Source: a virus
Taxonomy: Duplodnaviria > Caudoviricetes
Reading direction: 5' to 3' (one strand)
Virus record (IMG/VR): IMGVR_UViG_3300042197_003621
Location: 1 to 39,416 of that record
DNA: 39,416 nt
Shown here one piece after another: positions 26,264 to 36,800 of this stretch. Below the pieces are notes generated by a model, which saw only the letters and a program-made list of their open reading frames with translations, was not told the origin of the DNA and did not search any database. A program made the position numbers and the translations under genes. The first letter of the stretch is position 1. Every line of letters begins with the position of its first letter.

Positions 26264-26739
26264 TGAGCATTTTGGTACAGCCGTCGCACGAGCTGGAGGT
26301 CTTCAACCGGATGGCCAACCATCCGGCGATCGCTCCGCACGTCCGCGACGACCGGGTCAAGGGCGACATCGACCTCGCGCCGCTCAACACAAGTGAGAAC
26401 GTGTTTTTGAGAGTGCAGGTCGACGATCACGATGCCGGTTTTGCTGTCTTGGTGCGCCACGGAAGCATCTTCGAGATGCATTCCGGCGTGTTGCCGGGGT
26501 TTCGAGGCTCTACGGCGCTGGCAATGGGCCGGGCCGTGATCAACTGGGCCCGCAATCAACTCCGGTGCGACCAGTTGACGACTTGGGCGTGGGAGCATTC
26601 CCCGCACGTCCTGATGATGACGCGTCTGCTGGGCTTCAAGGAAGTCAATCGGGTTGATTGGCCGTACACTGTTGAAGGCCGCACCGTCCGCCGGGTCGAT
26701 TTTTCCCTAGCCCTCAATCCTTCTCCACAATGCCTGTAG
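26263..26739 (+). CDS. GNAT-fold protein (DUF2824 / P22 gp14-like position)
   Basis: True start ATG 26263 (TGATG overlap); FEMHSGVLPGFRGS...RLLGFKE acetyltransferase-like motifs; between tail and ejection genes. Confidence 0.65.
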   Translation: MSILVQPSHELEVFNRMANHPAIAPHVRDDRVKGDIDLAPLNTSENVFLRVQVDDHDAGFAVLVRHGSIFEMHSGVLPGFRGSTALAMGRAVINWARNQLRCDQLTTWAWEHSPHVLMMTRLLGFKEVNRVDWPYTVEGRTVRRVDFSLALNPSPQCL

Positions 26740-27551
26740 CAGCCGCCCTGCCTTACATCGCTACCGCGGCTTCCGTAGCGGGAACCGCCAGCGCCATCTC
26801 TGCCCAGCGAAAATCCGCTGCCGCCCAAAAGGACGCTTTGGCCCGTCAGGGGGAGATCACGGCCAACCTCAAGTACGAGCCGATCAATCTGGAGAACCTG
26901 AAGGAGCAGACGCGCCAGCAGGCCATCACCAACGCGACCCAGTCGCTGGCGTTGGAGCGTGAACTGCGGCCGGATGTCGCGGCCACGCGCCAGATGGTCG
27001 CGGAGCGGGTCCGCAGCGATCTGGCCCTTGGCGGGGCGCTCTCTCCTGACGTTGCCAATCAGGTGGCGCGGGCTTCGCGCACGATGGGGGCGATGAGCGG
27101 TGCTCCCGCTGGCCCCCTGACCGCTGCCCAGATCGGACTCACCGCCGAGGGGCTTCGCTCTCAGCGGCTGGGTGAGGCCAATCGGTTGTTGCAGATGAAC
27201 CCGTTGATGCCGGTCGGGCTTGACCCGGGCGCGCTGGCCTCGGCGATCGTCGCGCAGAACGCGGCGATGAACCAGTTTAACGCGGCCAAATCCGGGAGTA
27301 ACGCCAACCTCGCCCAAAGCGCCGGGCAAGTGGGCGCTGGTCTGGCGGCGGGTCGGCACAGCACCAATATGGGCGTGCTGAACGATATCCCGGGTATTCT
27401 GAGGCAGGTCTCTAGCCTCCCGGTTTTCCAGCCGGGAGCGCCCCAGACTCCGCCCGATCTGGGCTTTGACGCTTCCAAGCTCAACTTGCCCGGCATCGTG
27501 ACCCCCACGCCCAACATCCCGTCGATCTCGCTGACGCCGGGCCTCACGTAA
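26730..27551 (+). CDS. Internal virion / ejection protein (small)
   Basis: Ala-rich hydrophobic N-terminus, then an Ala/Gln helical body; first of the ejection-type genes. Confidence 0.6.
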   Translation: MPVAAALPYIATAASVAGTASAISAQRKSAAAQKDALARQGEITANLKYEPINLENLKEQTRQQAITNATQSLALERELRPDVAATRQMVAERVRSDLALGGALSPDVANQVARASRTMGAMSGAPAGPLTAAQIGLTAEGLRSQRLGEANRLLQMNPLMPVGLDPGALASAIVAQNAAMNQFNAAKSGSNANLAQSAGQVGAGLAAGRHSTNMGVLNDIPGILRQVSSLPVFQPGAPQTPPDLGFDASKLNLPGIVTPTPNIPSISLTPGLT

Positions 27552-27555
27552 TCCT

Positions 27556-28920
27556 ATGGCCACGCAAGGCTTTCAACTCTCCCAGTTCGATCGGGCGCCG
27601 GATATCCCGTCAAACGTCGGCGTTGTAGATACAAAAAGTATCTACGGCGCCGTTGTCGACGCGCTCAGGACGAACGAGGCCCTGCGTACGACCCAATTGG
27701 CTCAGGCCAAGACCGACGCAGAACTTGGGCTGGCGCGAGACAAGGCGCTGACCGAGCAGTCCCTGCTGGAGCCCGAGGCGGTCAGTCGCCGTGCGCGGGC
27801 CAACCTGCTCGCCAGCGAGTCCGCTTTTGCGATGCCCGGCGTGGAGGGTGCGGCTCGCGCTCGTCGTGCTCAGGATGCTCTGGCTTCGATGCGGGACGAG
27901 CTGGTGATCGGCAATCTGCCTTTGGCTTCTCAGCTCGATCAGGCGACGCTGAACCAGCGGTTGTTGCAGACTCAGGCGATCACGCCAGAGATGGTCGACG
28001 CCCAAGCCCGGGCGAGTCTGATGGCAAATCGTTTGGCCGCTGGAACAGCCCAGCAGGGTTTGGATTTGCTAGATACTCGAACCCAGTTGGAGCGTCTGGA
28101 GTTGGAGCGCAAAAAGAAGGGAGCGGAAATCCTGTCTGATCCAGCTCTTATCCGCCAAATGGCGCAAGCCAAGGCGTACTCTGGGATGCCCGCGGCACTC
28201 AGCACGTACGGATTCGCTCAGAGAATTCTGGCTGACCCGAACAGCACGCCTGAGCAAATCCGGGCCGCCCAGATAATGCTAAAAACGGCGCCCACCGCGA
28301 ACGCCGATCCGACGTTACGCGCGCAACAGTCGTTCCAAGCCAAACGCGGCTCGGTCGCCGCAGCCTTGGAAATGTCGCTGCCTAAACTGGAAGGCGCGCT
28401 GGAATCGTTTCAGGCAAAATCGAACAACTTTGATCGCCTTATCGACGAGGCCGAGGCGCTAGTAAGTCCATACACGACCGGATTCGGGTCGCTACTTGAT
28501 CAAATGCCCGCCTCGCAAGCGAGGGCGCTGGCCACCACGGTAATGTCGCTTGAAGCGACTCTCGGTTTCGACGCATTGCAGGAAATGCGGGCAAATTCGC
28601 CGACCGGTGGCGCGCTTGGCAACGTGACCGACTTTGAAAACAAGCGGCTGTCGGCCACCATCGCCAGCCTCGATACTGGTGTCGATGGCGCGACCTTTTT
28701 GGAGCGCCTTCAGGTTCTCCGAAACGAGCGTGCCGAGGCGCTTCGCCGGATGCGCGCCGGGCTGATGCGCGATCAAAACTCGGTGCAAGAGTTCCGGTCG
28801 AGCGTCGGGATGCAGCCTTCGCCGTTGGCTCCCCAAACCTCGCCGTTGGCTCCTCAACGCGGGTCGCAATCGTTCAACTACAAGGGCTTCACGGTCGAAA
28901 TTCTCCCTCCGACTCCCTGA
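27556..28920 (+). CDS. Internal virion / ejection protein
   Basis: Helical A/Q/L-rich; LGFDALQEMRANSPTGGALGNVTDFENKRL is a pattern I associate with podoviral ejection proteins. Confidence 0.65.
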   Translation: MATQGFQLSQFDRAPDIPSNVGVVDTKSIYGAVVDALRTNEALRTTQLAQAKTDAELGLARDKALTEQSLLEPEAVSRRARANLLASESAFAMPGVEGAARARRAQDALASMRDELVIGNLPLASQLDQATLNQRLLQTQAITPEMVDAQARASLMANRLAAGTAQQGLDLLDTRTQLERLELERKKKGAEILSDPALIRQMAQAKAYSGMPAALSTYGFAQRILADPNSTPEQIRAAQIMLKTAPTANADPTLRAQQSFQAKRGSVAAALEMSLPKLEGALESFQAKSNNFDRLIDEAEALVSPYTTGFGSLLDQMPASQARALATTVMSLEATLGFDALQEMRANSPTGGALGNVTDFENKRLSATIASLDTGVDGATFLERLQVLRNERAEALRRMRAGLMRDQNSVQEFRSSVGMQPSPLAPQTSPLAPQRGSQSFNYKGFTVEILPPTP

Positions 28921-28923
28921 GTT

Positions 28924-30894
28924 ATGCCTGCTTTTATCATCACCGATCCGAATACCGGTCGTCGTATCCGGGTTCAGGGCGCGTCTCAGCCGAGCAACGA
29001 AGACATTCAGGGCATTTTTGCCCAGATTGACGCTGGAAGCGCGCCTGCCAGTCCGGCTCCGGCTCCGGCTCCGGCCCCTGCCGCTCCGCGATCTGATCGG
29101 GCCAAAGCCGACACGCTTGGGGAGTTCACCACCAAGCCCGAGACCGTGCCGGAGTCCAGCCCCGGGCTCGGAGTTATGGCGGCCGAGATGGGCACCAGCG
29201 TCGCGGGCGGTGCGCTCGGTCAGACCATTGGCGCCGCTGGCGGTCCCGCGGGTATGGCGGTGGGTGGAGCTATTGGTTCCGGTATCGCCAACATCGCCAA
29301 TCAACTGATGCGGATGCGGGCCGATCCGAACTACAAATTCAAGTTTGGAGAGTTGATGGCGGAGGTCGGCACCGGAGCCATTCCGGGTGGTCCGCTCCTC
29401 AAGGGCGGTGCTAGGACGCTCGCTTGGCAAGGCGTCAAACAAGCCGCAGGCGGTGTGGCTGCTGGCAACATCCAGTCCGTGATGGACGAGGGCCGGCTCC
29501 AAACAGCCAAGGAAAACCTGCTTTCAGGGGCGCTCCCGGCCGTCGCGGGCGCTGGCGCTCAAAAACTGTTGTCGGGCACGCCAGAGGCGGTTGCGGCAGC
29601 CACCAAGGCGATGCGGAAGCCTCCACAGGAGGTGAAAACCCTTCAGGAAGCTCAGAAGCTCGGCCTGAAGGCCCTGCCGTCGGAGATCAAGAAAGGCGGC
29701 GTCAGCACCCCGGGAGCCACGTCGGAAGCCAGCCCCGAAGGGTTTTTCCGCACACAACTGGAGAGTCTGGGCGGCGCCACCGCATCCAAGCGCCAGATTC
29801 AACTGGAAAACCAGCAGGCCATCAACGACGCGGTCAAAAAGCAGCTTGGGGTCAAGGGCGACGAACTCAGCCCCGCCGCGCTCAAAAACGTCCGCGTCAA
29901 GCAGGGCGAAGTGTACGGGGAGTTCGCCAGTATGGCCGAGACGGCCCGGCCGCAATTGGCGGCGTTGGACCAGCAGCGCAAAAGTATCGAACTTCTCGAC
30001 CCCAATTACGCGCGCTCCAAGGGCATCGTCATCGCGGACGAGTTGCAGAAGTTTGACGCGGCCAACGCGGCGAAACGTGCTGAATTGGAGACCGCGGTCC
30101 GGTCCGACCCGCTGGAGCTGCGGAAAATCCGCGGCGAAGCCCAAGAGGCGATGGACCGGTACTACGCGTCCGGCGGCAAAGATGTGAACGCGCAAACGAA
30201 AGCGTTCGAGCTCCGCGATCAGGCTACCAAAATCGAGGAGGCGATGGAACAAGCCGCGGCCAACGCCGGCAAACCGCAGTTGGCCAAGAAGCTGGTCAAC
30301 GCTCGCCGGATGATCGCCCGTACTTACGCGGCGGAGGACGCGCTCAATCCCGGCAATTTTAACATCGACCCGGACAAGCTGGGTCAGGCCGCACTTCGCG
30401 GCGTTCCGTTGGATGGCAATCTGGCCACCATAGCCAATTTCCGCAACGCCTACCCGCAGAGCGTCCGCGAGGCTTCCAAGGTGGCGGAACCGGGCGTCAG
30501 TCACGCTGCCACCATTCTGGCAGGCGGCGGCACGCTTTTGGGCACCAAAGACCCGGTTCTCGCGGGAGCAGCCGCGGTAGCGATGCCTTTGGCCCGCGAG
30601 GCTGCGCGAGGTTTCCTCACGTCGGATGTCGCTCAAAAACGAGCCACCGACGCCCTGTTGGAGCGAACTGTTGGTCGCAAGATCAACGTGCCCACCGAGG
30701 TCCGACTTGGCGAATCCGCCACCCGTATGACCGGTCAGCAGGCCGCGAAGGCCGCGTCGGACGAGACGCCGGACGTTATCCGCGAAGATGTGGAGGCGTT
30801 GCAGGAAGACCCGCAGGGTATGAAGGCCGAGTTCGAGAAAAAGTACGGTAAAGGCTCGTCCGCGAAGTATCTGTTCCGCAAAAAAGCCGACTGA
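28924..30894 (+). CDS. Internal virion / DNA ejection protein (large)
   Basis: Gly/Ala-zipper hydrophobic segments (AGGALGQTIGAAGGPAGMAVGGAIGSG) and coiled coils; synteny fits. Confidence 0.6.
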   Translation: MPAFIITDPNTGRRIRVQGASQPSNEDIQGIFAQIDAGSAPASPAPAPAPAPAAPRSDRAKADTLGEFTTKPETVPESSPGLGVMAAEMGTSVAGGALGQTIGAAGGPAGMAVGGAIGSGIANIANQLMRMRADPNYKFKFGELMAEVGTGAIPGGPLLKGGARTLAWQGVKQAAGGVAAGNIQSVMDEGRLQTAKENLLSGALPAVAGAGAQKLLSGTPEAVAAATKAMRKPPQEVKTLQEAQKLGLKALPSEIKKGGVSTPGATSEASPEGFFRTQLESLGGATASKRQIQLENQQAINDAVKKQLGVKGDELSPAALKNVRVKQGEVYGEFASMAETARPQLAALDQQRKSIELLDPNYARSKGIVIADELQKFDAANAAKRAELETAVRSDPLELRKIRGEAQEAMDRYYASGGKDVNAQTKAFELRDQATKIEEAMEQAAANAGKPQLAKKLVNARRMIARTYAAEDALNPGNFNIDPDKLGQAALRGVPLDGNLATIANFRNAYPQSVREASKVAEPGVSHAATILAGGGTLLGTKDPVLAGAAAVAMPLAREAARGFLTSDVAQKRATDALLERTVGRKINVPTEVRLGESATRMTGQQAAKAASDETPDVIREDVEALQEDPQGMKAEFEKKYGKGSSAKYLFRKKAD

Positions 30895-33800
30895 TGGACT
30901 ACCTGATCACCAAGGAGCCCGAGAAAACCGACTACCTGATCGAGCCCGAGCCGGAGACTCCGGCCGAGCCGCAGGGGCTGATGTCCAAAGCCAAGGACAC
31001 GGCGGTCTCCTTTGGCATTGGTGCCAACAGCCTGCTCCAGATGGCGGGCGATCTGTACGGGCTGGCCACGGGCGATATGGGCAACGTGGTCTCCCAGCAG
31101 GCGCGGGAGAACATCCAATACCTCCAGCAGAGCAAGAGCCCGGAACTGCGGCAGGCCGAGGAGACGCGACGCAAGGCGATCGAGGCGGACGAGGACGAAC
31201 TGGGCAAGGCCCTGAGCTACGTTCGCCAGACGGTCACCAACCCCTCGTTGCTTTCCAGCGCGCTGGCCGAACAAGTCCCCAACTTGGTGGGAACGGGTGG
31301 TGCAGGTGCCGTCGCCAAAGCCGGCGCCGAAAAGGTCTTGTTCAAGACGGCGGCCGATCAGGCCGCCAAGCGTCTGGCGGCCAAGAAGGCTGCCCAGATC
31401 GGTACGGGTGCCGCGGTGGCCGCAGGTGCCGGGATGCAGGGCACCGACGTTGGCTCAGACCTGTACGACGAGACCGTTTCGGCGCTCGACAAGGTCACGG
31501 ACGAGCAGGCGCTCTCCATCCCTGAGATCGCCAGTTTGGTGGAGGAAAAAGGTGCCACTCTCGACGAGGCCAAGACCGCGTTCGCCCTGATGCTGGGGCG
31601 CGAGGCGTTTGCGTTGGGGGCCACGATCTCCGCCGGCGCGCAGATGCTGCCCGGTGGTCGCACCATCGAGCGTTCTTTTGTCGGCCGGCAGGTCGGAGGC
31701 CGTTTGGCTGGAGCGATTGGCGGCGGATTGGGCGAGGCCGCCAGCGAGGCGGTGGAGGAAGGCGGCAGCCGGGTGGCGGCAAATCTTCTGGCGCGGCGTT
31801 TTGAGCCTGAGCGTCCTTTGGCCAAGGGCGTTGGCGAAGCCGTGGGTCAGGCGGCGCTGGTCGGGGGTATCCCCGGCGCCACGTTTGGTGCCGCATCTTC
31901 CCGCCCCACACCGCAGCCGGCGCCGGAGGGTGAAACTACGGCGGGCAAAACCGGAGAAGCTCCGGCGTCGGTTGCGACCAAGAGCACCCTTGCTGGCGCT
32001 CCTGAGGTGGCGCTGGAGAGTTCCGAGGGCCTGACGCCCGAGCAGTTCTACGCGGCCGTCAACATTCGCCAAGCTCGGCTGATGGGCGGACAGCCCGATC
32101 CCGAGGACATCCGGATTGCCGGCGAAGTGCCGCTGCCCAAGGTGCAGATCGATCCGGAGAAGGCCAACCAAGCGATCGAGCAGGCCCAAGCCGCGTTGCA
32201 GGAATGGGCCGATTCCACGGCAAACGCGCCGCAGAATATCCGGATCATCTTCGACCCGGAGTTGCTGCATAACGGCTATGGCGTGCAGGGGTATTACAGC
32301 CCTGACGGCAGCATCTTCATCAACGCCGCGTTCGTCGCGCCGGAGAACGTCGGCAAGATCGCCAGCCACGAATGGGCCCACTCCACGCTGGCCACGCCCG
32401 AGGGTCAGCAGGCGTTCGCCGATTTTGTGCAGCGGGAAATCCCGCAGGGCGAACTGGACGCGCTGGCCGCCCGTTACGGCACGCAGGACCGCCGGGTGCT
32501 GCTGGAGGAATGGATCGCCGAGAATCAGGAGAAGGCCCCCGGGGTGATCGAGCGCATCGTCGCCCGCATCCGTGAGTGGCTCGCCAGCTTCAACATCGTC
32601 GATCTGAGCGACGCCGAGGTTGCGGACATTATGCTCCGCACCCTGCGCCAGCAGGCCGAGGGTCGCATCCAGCCCGACACGTACGAGGCGATGCAGCCCG
32701 CCGAGGGCGAGCGATTCAGCCTCTCGGCGGAGCCGAAGCGCATCTCTGGTGTGATGGCCAGCCCCAGCATCACCGACATCAATTACGACCGGGCGAAGCG
32801 CAATCTGACCTCGGCCAATCAGGCCCGTTTCAAGAGTCAGATTTCCGAATACGCCCCTGAGGCCGAGATTTTCGACGCGGTGGGCGATTGGGCCGACGGA
32901 TCGGAAAACTCCGTTGCGGCCATTTTCCAAGACCGCAAGTCGTCCGACGAGCTCCAGCGTCTCGCGGCTCAAGTTGGCCTCGCCGGCGACCAGAAGGCCG
33001 TCCTCTGGTGGCGCACCGAGCCCGAGGGCGCCGACGCGATCCACGAGATGAGCTGGCCCAAGACCGTCTCGATGGACGAGGCGCGTCAGGCGATGATCGA
33101 CGTGGGTCTGGAGAACCGCACGCTCATCCAGACTCCCGAAGGCGTGCGCGGATTCGTGTTTGACCAAGGGCGTCAGAATCTCAATAAGATCGAGGCACTC
33201 AATGAACACGAAACCCAACCTTCTCTCGAATCCAGCCCCGCAGCAGGAGACTTCCTCGGCAGTTGGACAAGCCGCGCCGAGGGCCGACGGGCCTACCGGC
33301 GAGTACTGGGATCGACTCCGCAAGCTCAAGCGGGTGCGGGTGAGCTACGATCTGGGGAGGTCGGTGGGGTCGGGGATCGTGGTGAGCCAGAAACCCGATT
33401 CAGCCTGACCGAACGGGTCGCGCAAGGGCGCGACACCGTGCTGGCGGCCGAGGCTCAGAAGCTGAAGCGCGGCGAGACGACGCCGGCGAAGTACGCCCGC
33501 AAGGTGGAGCAGAGGATGCCGCTCCGTCCGTTTGACGAGGTTCCTGAGCCTGCTACGGGCGAGGACATCCTCCGTGGGCTCGGCAACCGGATGGCCGGCG
33601 AAACGCTCAAGCGCGAGCTGAAGGCCAATCCTGAGGACATCGAGGGCCAGCAGGTCGAGGCGCGTCTGGACATCCCGTCCTACGAGGACGCGAACGTCTG
33701 GACCGTCACCCTGCACAACCCCCGCGAACGCGCTGGGGCTGCCGGCAAGGTGCTGGCGTACACGCCCACGGCGATCCTGCGCGACGTGACCTTTACGGTC

Positions 33801-36800
33801 AACGAGACCGCGGCGATGAACGTCGCCGCTGGTGCCCGCAAAAGCACCTTCGCGACGATGGACGGCACCTACGTGCCGGCGACCGCCCGAAGCGCCTACG
33901 AGCAGGCCGTGGAGGCCAAGGAGAGCGGTGACTGGGTCGAGATCGGGATGAACCCGATCCGGCACTCCTACTTCTACGACAAGGCCGACCAGCGCCCGGT
34001 TGTCTCGGCCGACGAGGTCATCCAAGTCGGCGGTCTGGTGCTGGGCCGCGGCGTGCAGTACGGCGAGAAGCCGGATTACAAGTTCAGCCTAGCCCAGACC
34101 AAGACGCCGGAGTTTCAGAATTGGTTTGGTGATTCCCAGATCGTGGACGCGGATGGGAATCCGCAGGTGATGTACCACGGAACAGCTTTCCGTCCTGACC
34201 CAAGGAAACCCGAATTTCCGAAAGTTACATTTACTAGGGATTTTACTGAATTTAGGCCGAACGAACGCGGACTGATTTTTACTTCGCTTGATCCAAAATT
34301 CTCCGACAAATTTGCAATGGAGTATGCCGGATATGGAGGCTCATACAAAGAGGGCGCTCGGGTGTATCCGGTATTTGTTAAAACCGAAAACCCGTTTGAT
34401 TACGAAAATCCTCTCCATATCAAAAAACTTTTTGGGGATAAAAACGAATTAAACACTCTAGATTTGACCGTTGGTATTGTTTCGCGTGGCGAAGTGATGG
34501 ATGGAAGTTACGCTGCTATCGAGGCTTTAAGCCGTAAAATTAAAGAGGCAGGGTTTGATGGTCTCTACGTTTTTGAACGCGGCATTAAAAATCTCGCGGT
34601 TTTCAGTTCTGACCAACTGACTTCAGCCACCGGCAACGTCGGCGCATTCGGCCAACGCCCTCTCACCGCCGAGGAGCGCGAGCGTCTGGGCGTGACGGAG
34701 GAAGAGGCGGCTGAAGGCCAGAAGCGTGGCGACATCCGGATGAGTCTGGCCCGGGGCGGCACTCGCTTCAGTCTGGAAGAAACCCGTCGGACCCGAATCC
34801 AGCCGGCGGGGTTCCCGCCCGACCCGTTGGGCTTCTTCTCCCCGCTCCAGCGCGCCATCGCCGAGATGCCGGACCGCGGGTTCGCCGACTACGTCGCGAC
34901 GCCGGCGGTGCCGGGGCGCAGCTTCCCGGCCCGCACGATCCGCGACAAGGAGGGCAACGTCATCAAGGAGATCCCGGCACGCACCGAGCCGGACAAGCCG
35001 GAGCGCGTCGTGACCGCCGCGGAGCAGCTCCGCAGCCACCTTGAGAAGTTCAACGTGAAGAAGGAGGAGCTGGAGGACATCCGGGACACCGGCGGTCAAA
35101 CCTTCGCCGACTGGATCGCGCAGAACCCCAACGCGACCAAGGAGGAGGTCGCGCAGTTTGTGGCCGAGAATCAGGTCTCCGTGGAGGAGAACGTGCTTGA
35201 GCCACAGGGCAAGTATCAGATCGTTCAGGACGGAGAGGTCATCGATATGCTCTCTTTCGACACCGAGGAGCAAGCGGCGGCTTACATCGACCAGTCGATC
35301 CAAGACTACACGTCAGAATTCGAGATCGACGGGGACCAACTGATCGATCCCAGCGGGGACGTCGTCTCTGAAATCACGAAGGACGAGGATAAGGACCTGT
35401 ATTATGTTGGGTATCCCGGCGCTCCCAAAACTGATTCCCGCTTGTACTACACGTTGAACGGGGCCCGGCGCGCCCTCCAACAAGAATTGGAGGGGATCGC
35501 TTTTGGGGAAATTAGGAGGTATCGGGTACAGGAAACGGCTTCCGCCACTTTTGAGGAGTACACGTTGCCGGGCGGTAGGAACTACCGCGAGACCGTCCTG
35601 ACCTTGCCCAAAGGTGCCCGCGGCTCCGGATTTTTCTCAACCCATTTCCGGGACACTCCCAACTACCTCGCGCACGTTCGACTCAAGGACCGGGTCACGC
35701 CCTCCGGTGATCCCGTTCTCTTCGTCGAGGAGATTCAGAGCGACCTCCACCAGAAGGCCCGGGATATCGGCTACAAGGGACTGGAGAGCCCGCAACAGAA
35801 GGCCGAACGACTCAAGAAACTCGAACAGGTCCGAGACGAGCTGGAGTTAAATGGCACCCAGATAGATCGCAGCGATAATCAAATTGCACGGCTACAAGTG
35901 GAGATTAACAAGTCCCGCGATCAGGGGTTAGACGCGGAGCGTTTGAACGAGCAACTGGAGGTTGAGTACAAGATCAACGAGAACCTTTCCCGCATCCGGG
36001 CGAGGCTTATGGATCAGGCGGATGAATTCTCGCTGGCGGCAAACCCGAGAGGTGTCCCCAACGCGCCGTTCAAGAAGACTTGGGCCGAGATGGCCTTCAA
36101 GTACGTGCTGTCCGAGGCCGCCCGGAAGGGCGACCAGTACCTCGCTTGGACCACCGGCGAGCAGCAGAACAGACGCTACCCCGAATTGTCTGCGGTGGTG
36201 CGATCCGTCGGATGGGAAAGCCGTCTTCCGGGCTTTGGGGCCGACCCCGGCGAGAAGTTCCTCAGAATCCGTATGGTCAATGAGACGGCCCCACTTGAGT
36301 TAATCGTGGAACCGGAGGGGACTGTCCGTCCCTTCAGCAGGGCGGATGTGCGGGCGCAGCGGTTTGAAGGGGCGACCCTGACCGAGATGGTCGGCGCCGA
36401 CTTGGCCAACCAGATTCGCAACAAGGACAGCGGGGATGTTTTTTTGACGGAGGACCTCGTCATCGACGAGCAGGGTATGGTTGGTTTCTACGACGAGATC
36501 ATCCCGCAGTTCGCCGCCAAGTACCTGAAGAAGTACGGCGTCAAACCGGAGATGATCAGCGTCGTGCTCCGGCCGCAGCGCAAGGAGCCCAGCCCGCTCA
36601 ACATCCCCGGCGAGGAAGACGCCGAGGTGGAGGTGCCGCAGAGCACCGCCAAGGTCAACGCGGTGCGGATCACGCCGGAGATGCGTGAGGACTTCGTCGG
36701 CCGCGGCCAGCCGCGCTACAGCCTGAGCGCCACCAAACCGCGGAACGTCAGCACCGTGGGCGTCACCCGCGAGGCGATGGGGTTGCCGCTGGAAGGCCCG

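Noticed and set aside
28818-28857. 21-nt tandem duplication (SPLAPQ twice) and PAPAPA repeat near 29050
   Set aside because: Ordinary low-complexity linker expansions in ejection proteins.
36021-36035. DEFSL as a seventh linker motif
   Set aside because: Lacks the basic residue, uses a TCG codon and lies within module 5 just before its APF motif.
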